DNA of 64,000 nucleotides from Takakia lepidozioides (Eukaryota; Plantae; Bryophyta): NCBI GenBank assembly GCA_030704615.1, contig CM060731.1, positions 46,190,001 to 46,254,000 of the forward strand, read 5' to 3'. Shown piece by piece: positions 60,486 to 64,000 of this stretch (position 1 is its first letter; each line of letters starts with the position of its first letter). The notes under the pieces were generated by a model. It saw only the letters and a program-made list of their open reading frames with translations, ran no database searches and was not told where the DNA came from. The position numbers and the translations under genes were made by a program.

Positions 60486-61208
60486 TGTCGCGGCCCTTTG
60501 CCTTGAGGACAGGGGGTCGGGACATATGAAGGGCTGCCCCTGTGGTAGGGGCAGTGGCAGCGATAGGTATGGGGGGCTGAAGCACCCTTGAGTGCCCAAG
60601 GCTCTCAAGGAGGCGGAGGCGCTCACTAGGTGGAGCCCCGCACACGGGTTGCGGTGGGGGTGGCTCCACAAGGGGTGGTGGTAGCTTAGCGGGACTTAGT
60701 GGGGGTGGCATAGGACTCACCATGGGGCGGAGACCTCGTGGTGGGAGTCGTGGGGAGTCTTGGGACTCATCACGGTCCATAGGGGCCGTGGTGAGCGGGC
60801 CAAGACTCACCGCGTCATCACCGGGAGTCGAGGGTTTCGTGGTGGTTCGCCATAAAATGGCATGGCTGGTTGTGGAACCCCCGCGGACAGCTACAGAAAA
60901 GTATATATAGGGAGTAGTAACCCCGAGAACGGTGCAAGCCCGTTGGTGACCAAAAACTAGTGAGTAAGCGAGCGAGCCGGAAAGCGACCAAAGAGTGGGG
61001 AGTTGTTCCGGACTGCCATCTACCAAAGGGAATTCTCCTAGTCCCAATTAGGTGGAGGGTTTAGAGGGAAGCGAAGGGGGACCGTTATGTCCCGGTGAGC
61101 AGCCGAAGCTCCAAGTTGGCCCGGGCGGCCAGGTTGGGAGTTAGGCGCGCGCATCAAAGCGAGTAACCATGACTTGAAGGGGAGCTTACCGAAGTGAGGT
61201 GCGCGACA
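60486..61208 (+). repeat. 3' LTR
   Basis: Copy of the 5' LTR with a few substitutions and short indels, followed by TSD GAAAT. Confidence 0.95.
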
Positions 61209-62979
61209 GAAATTTATCAAGGACAAAGTGCAGCTAGACCGCCATTGTGTTGACACGGGTTGCAAAGACAAGCGATATATCCCACCTGGGTTCAAGCCGT
61301 GGCCAATTCAAAGTTCAATGATGGTGGTGAATACGGCCACCGCCAGACTCCGTGGCGCAACCCCAAAGGCCCGCACTTTGGCGGAGGTTTGGATGTTTCA
61401 ATACAAGATGTGCATGATCTGACATCGCCATCGCCTGTGGCTCCCAGAAAAATGAAACTTAGTGATGGGGCCCAGAAGAAGGAAGGAGAAAAAGCTGCAA
61501 GGTCTGCTCGGGAGGCGAGGGCAAAATCTCAACAGCAGACTCGTCCCAAGGCAGTCGGGAAGTGTCACGGGCTGTGCCAGGGAGACGGTCTACGCAGCAG
61601 ACGCAGACCATCAGTACTTCGAGTGAGAGCCAGTCTGCTGAGCCGTCTGCAGACATCATTCGGAATGATGAATTCGCAGGTCTGGGAGGTGTCTCATCTC
61701 CCATCGTCATTGTCTTGCCTGACCAGTCGAGGGTTTACGTGGACCCTACGTGGACGAAGTCCAGTCGAAAGAGACTACCAGTGGAGTCTGTCCTGGCACA
61801 TTGAGCCTCATACCATTTAGGCTTCTCCCATTGGTGTGCCCACCAGTGGACGATCCAGACTTCTTCCGTTTTTTCTACAGTTTTGCCCAGTCCGGACAGC
61901 TCAACAGAACCATCCAAGTAGCGGAGAAAAATTGGTTGAGCTCCCTTGAAGATGAGGAGGACGTCTATGTCGACGACGACGACGAGGTAATGCCCAGTCT
62001 GTCTCCACAGTTGGTAGTCTGTTGCGTCAGTCTACTGCGTCCCCTCCTTCAGTCCACTGTGCGCAGGTGTCTGTTGTCATAGAGTCTGCTGGTTCAGTCT
62101 ACTATACGTGCGCAGGTGTCTCTTGTCGATGAGTCTACTGGAGTCCGCTGGTTCCTTTGTTCTGTGCCACGATGCTCGTGAGTCTACCTGCTCGGTCTGC
62201 TGCGTCAGTCTGCTTGTGGACTTGCTGGTGAGTCCTATGCTTGTGGACTTGCTGGTCAGTTTCCTGCTTGTGGACTTGCTCAGTCCCTGGAGTCCGTTGG
62301 TTCCTTTGTTCTGTGCCACAATGCTAGTGAGTCTGCTCGTGAGTCTGCGGCTAGTGAGTCCGATGCTGAGTTTTTGGGTTTCTGTCATATACCAGGATGA
62401 ACGAGCCAGTATTTGGGAGGCCTTGTGTGCTTGGCGGACGGTGAGCTTCGACCCTCCTTTAGCAGTGAATGCGGTGCGCCGGAAAGTAGAGCGGGTGTGG
62501 GAGTACATCTTGTTTAAGTACCCTGGCTCAACAGACGTCATAGCAGCACTGGACTCTACAGACAAAGCATGCGCCAACTCCCCAGTCAACTCCATACTCA
62601 CTGCAGACTCGGTGGACACAGAGCTCACCCAATTTGGCATCCAGCAGACTCTTGCCGAGCAGACTCTTTCCCAACAGACTCTTTCCCACCAAACTCTTTT
62701 CCACCAGAGTCAGCATAGTCTTGTCCAGCACACTCCCATGTACCAGACTCTCGTCCAGCATACTCCCATCTAGCAAACTGCTTTGCAGACTCCCAGCCAG
62801 CAGACTCCCATTGTCACGACCACTATGGGACTTTTTGGAGTTTGCCGCTCGCCATTGCCGCTCATTGATCCCGAAGCTGTGGACTTGACACTTGCCCGTC
62901 TGAGGGTGGGGGAAGTCATTGCCAATGTGGATTGGTATAATGAGCTCCATCGCATTGTCACGGATGGCCGGTGACCTTT

Positions 62980-64000
62980 CACTACAACAGATCGGGGTAT
63001 ATATGACTACCAACCCGCGGTAGTCATGGCTTTCCTCACTATAACCATGACTTCCCTGTATTTCTAGACCAAATTGAGCTTTACGTAGTCGTTCAGATAA
63101 CTATTTGACTACGTAGTCATCTGGGCGACTACGTTGGTAGACGTCTTCATGACTGCATGACTCCGCACTGGACGGAAGGTTGGTCAACGATGATTGACCA
63201 CCACGAGCTCACCACCAAATAGTTGCCAGAATGACTTCTAGTGCAAGCCTTGTAGCCAAAAGGTTAAAATTTAAAAAAAGTTGCTTATACGGTTGCCCAT
63301 TACGGTAGCCATGAAGAGAGGGTTGGGACTTAGCCTCCTTTTGGGGTTTTTTGGTCTTTTGGGCATTTGCTTAGTATCGAGCTGAGAGCATGGAACGCGA
63401 CGATCGCAAGATATGCAGGGGCGTCCTGCTCACATTGAACTATGGCGAGGGATTTAGAATTCAAATGGAAGAACAAAAGGTGTGCAAATGGCAGGCCTGC
63501 ATGTGGCCTGTCCGGGGATCCGCCACTTTTGCACTCAGAGAGAAGAGAGGACTTACTTGCAGAGAGGGAGTGTTCGACAGTATGGCTGAACGACACATGT
63601 GGTGTCTGCAAATGCGATGATTGCAAGATATGCCCAGCATGGTCATCTCCTACGGTGTTGTTTCAAACGATAGCTAGGGCTTTGCCTGCGGTGAGCCAAC
63701 CTTTGTCTTTGCTAGCGCAAGAAAAGATGGTCTCCGCCAGTTCCCTTTTATTCCGAATGAAACCCTAGCGAATGCCATGGAACGCTTCGTGAGATTTTGC
63801 AGCTTCCGTCTTCCACGTCTGAGGTGCTTCGGATCAAGGAGCAAGCAATTACCGCATGAAAGGTTAAACCCTAACCACATCACGTTTGTTTGGGTGTGTG
63901 CGCCTGGCAGTCCTGGAAAAGGGCAAAGAGGAGGCAGATACTACTTTGACTTCCGAGTCAAGACCATGGCATCACTCTAGCGCACATAAGCATTTTGGTC
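62980..64000 (+). mobile_element. CACTA transposon left end (same TIR family as 1-5528)
   Basis: CACTACAACAGATC at 62980, followed by ATGACTAC/GTAGTCAT subterminal repeats to ~63240. Confidence 0.85.

Larger units (their letters stand above)
54238..61208 (+). mobile_element. Full-length Ty3/Gypsy chromovirus LTR retrotransposon (inactivated)
   Basis: TG...CA LTRs at 54238-54965 and 60486-61208. TSD GAAAT (54233-54237, 61209-61213). PBS TGGTATCAGAGC. Domain order gag-CCHC-PR-RT-RH-IN-chromodomain. Confidence 0.97.

Overview
This is eukaryotic nuclear DNA from a land plant, most likely a non-seed plant. That is an inference from the five-exon CYP72-clan P450, the F-box remnant, TAAACCC telo-boxes, an RTEX-type LINE and a chromodomain Ty3/Gypsy. 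The window is mostly nested transposons: two CACTA ends of one family (1-5528 and 62980-end), a CACTG host remnant, several MITEs with target-site duplications (TSDs), an 8.8-kb hAT-bounded composite holding a palindromic repeat/spacer array, LINE and Copia remnants, and a full-length but inactivated chromovirus (54238-61208, TSD GAAAT). One intact native gene is present (CYP72 clan, 13514-16861, minus strand). The standout is a ~20-kb stretch (30.8-51.2 kb) with three long, uninterrupted ORFs that look fungal: a 715-aa HET-domain protein, a 1042-aa HET + ankyrin-repeat protein, and a divergently oriented 405-aa membrane protein. They are interleaved with plant TEs and may form a horizontally acquired, fungal-type non-self-recognition/cell-death module. 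All family assignments come from motif recognition by eye; no database searches were run.
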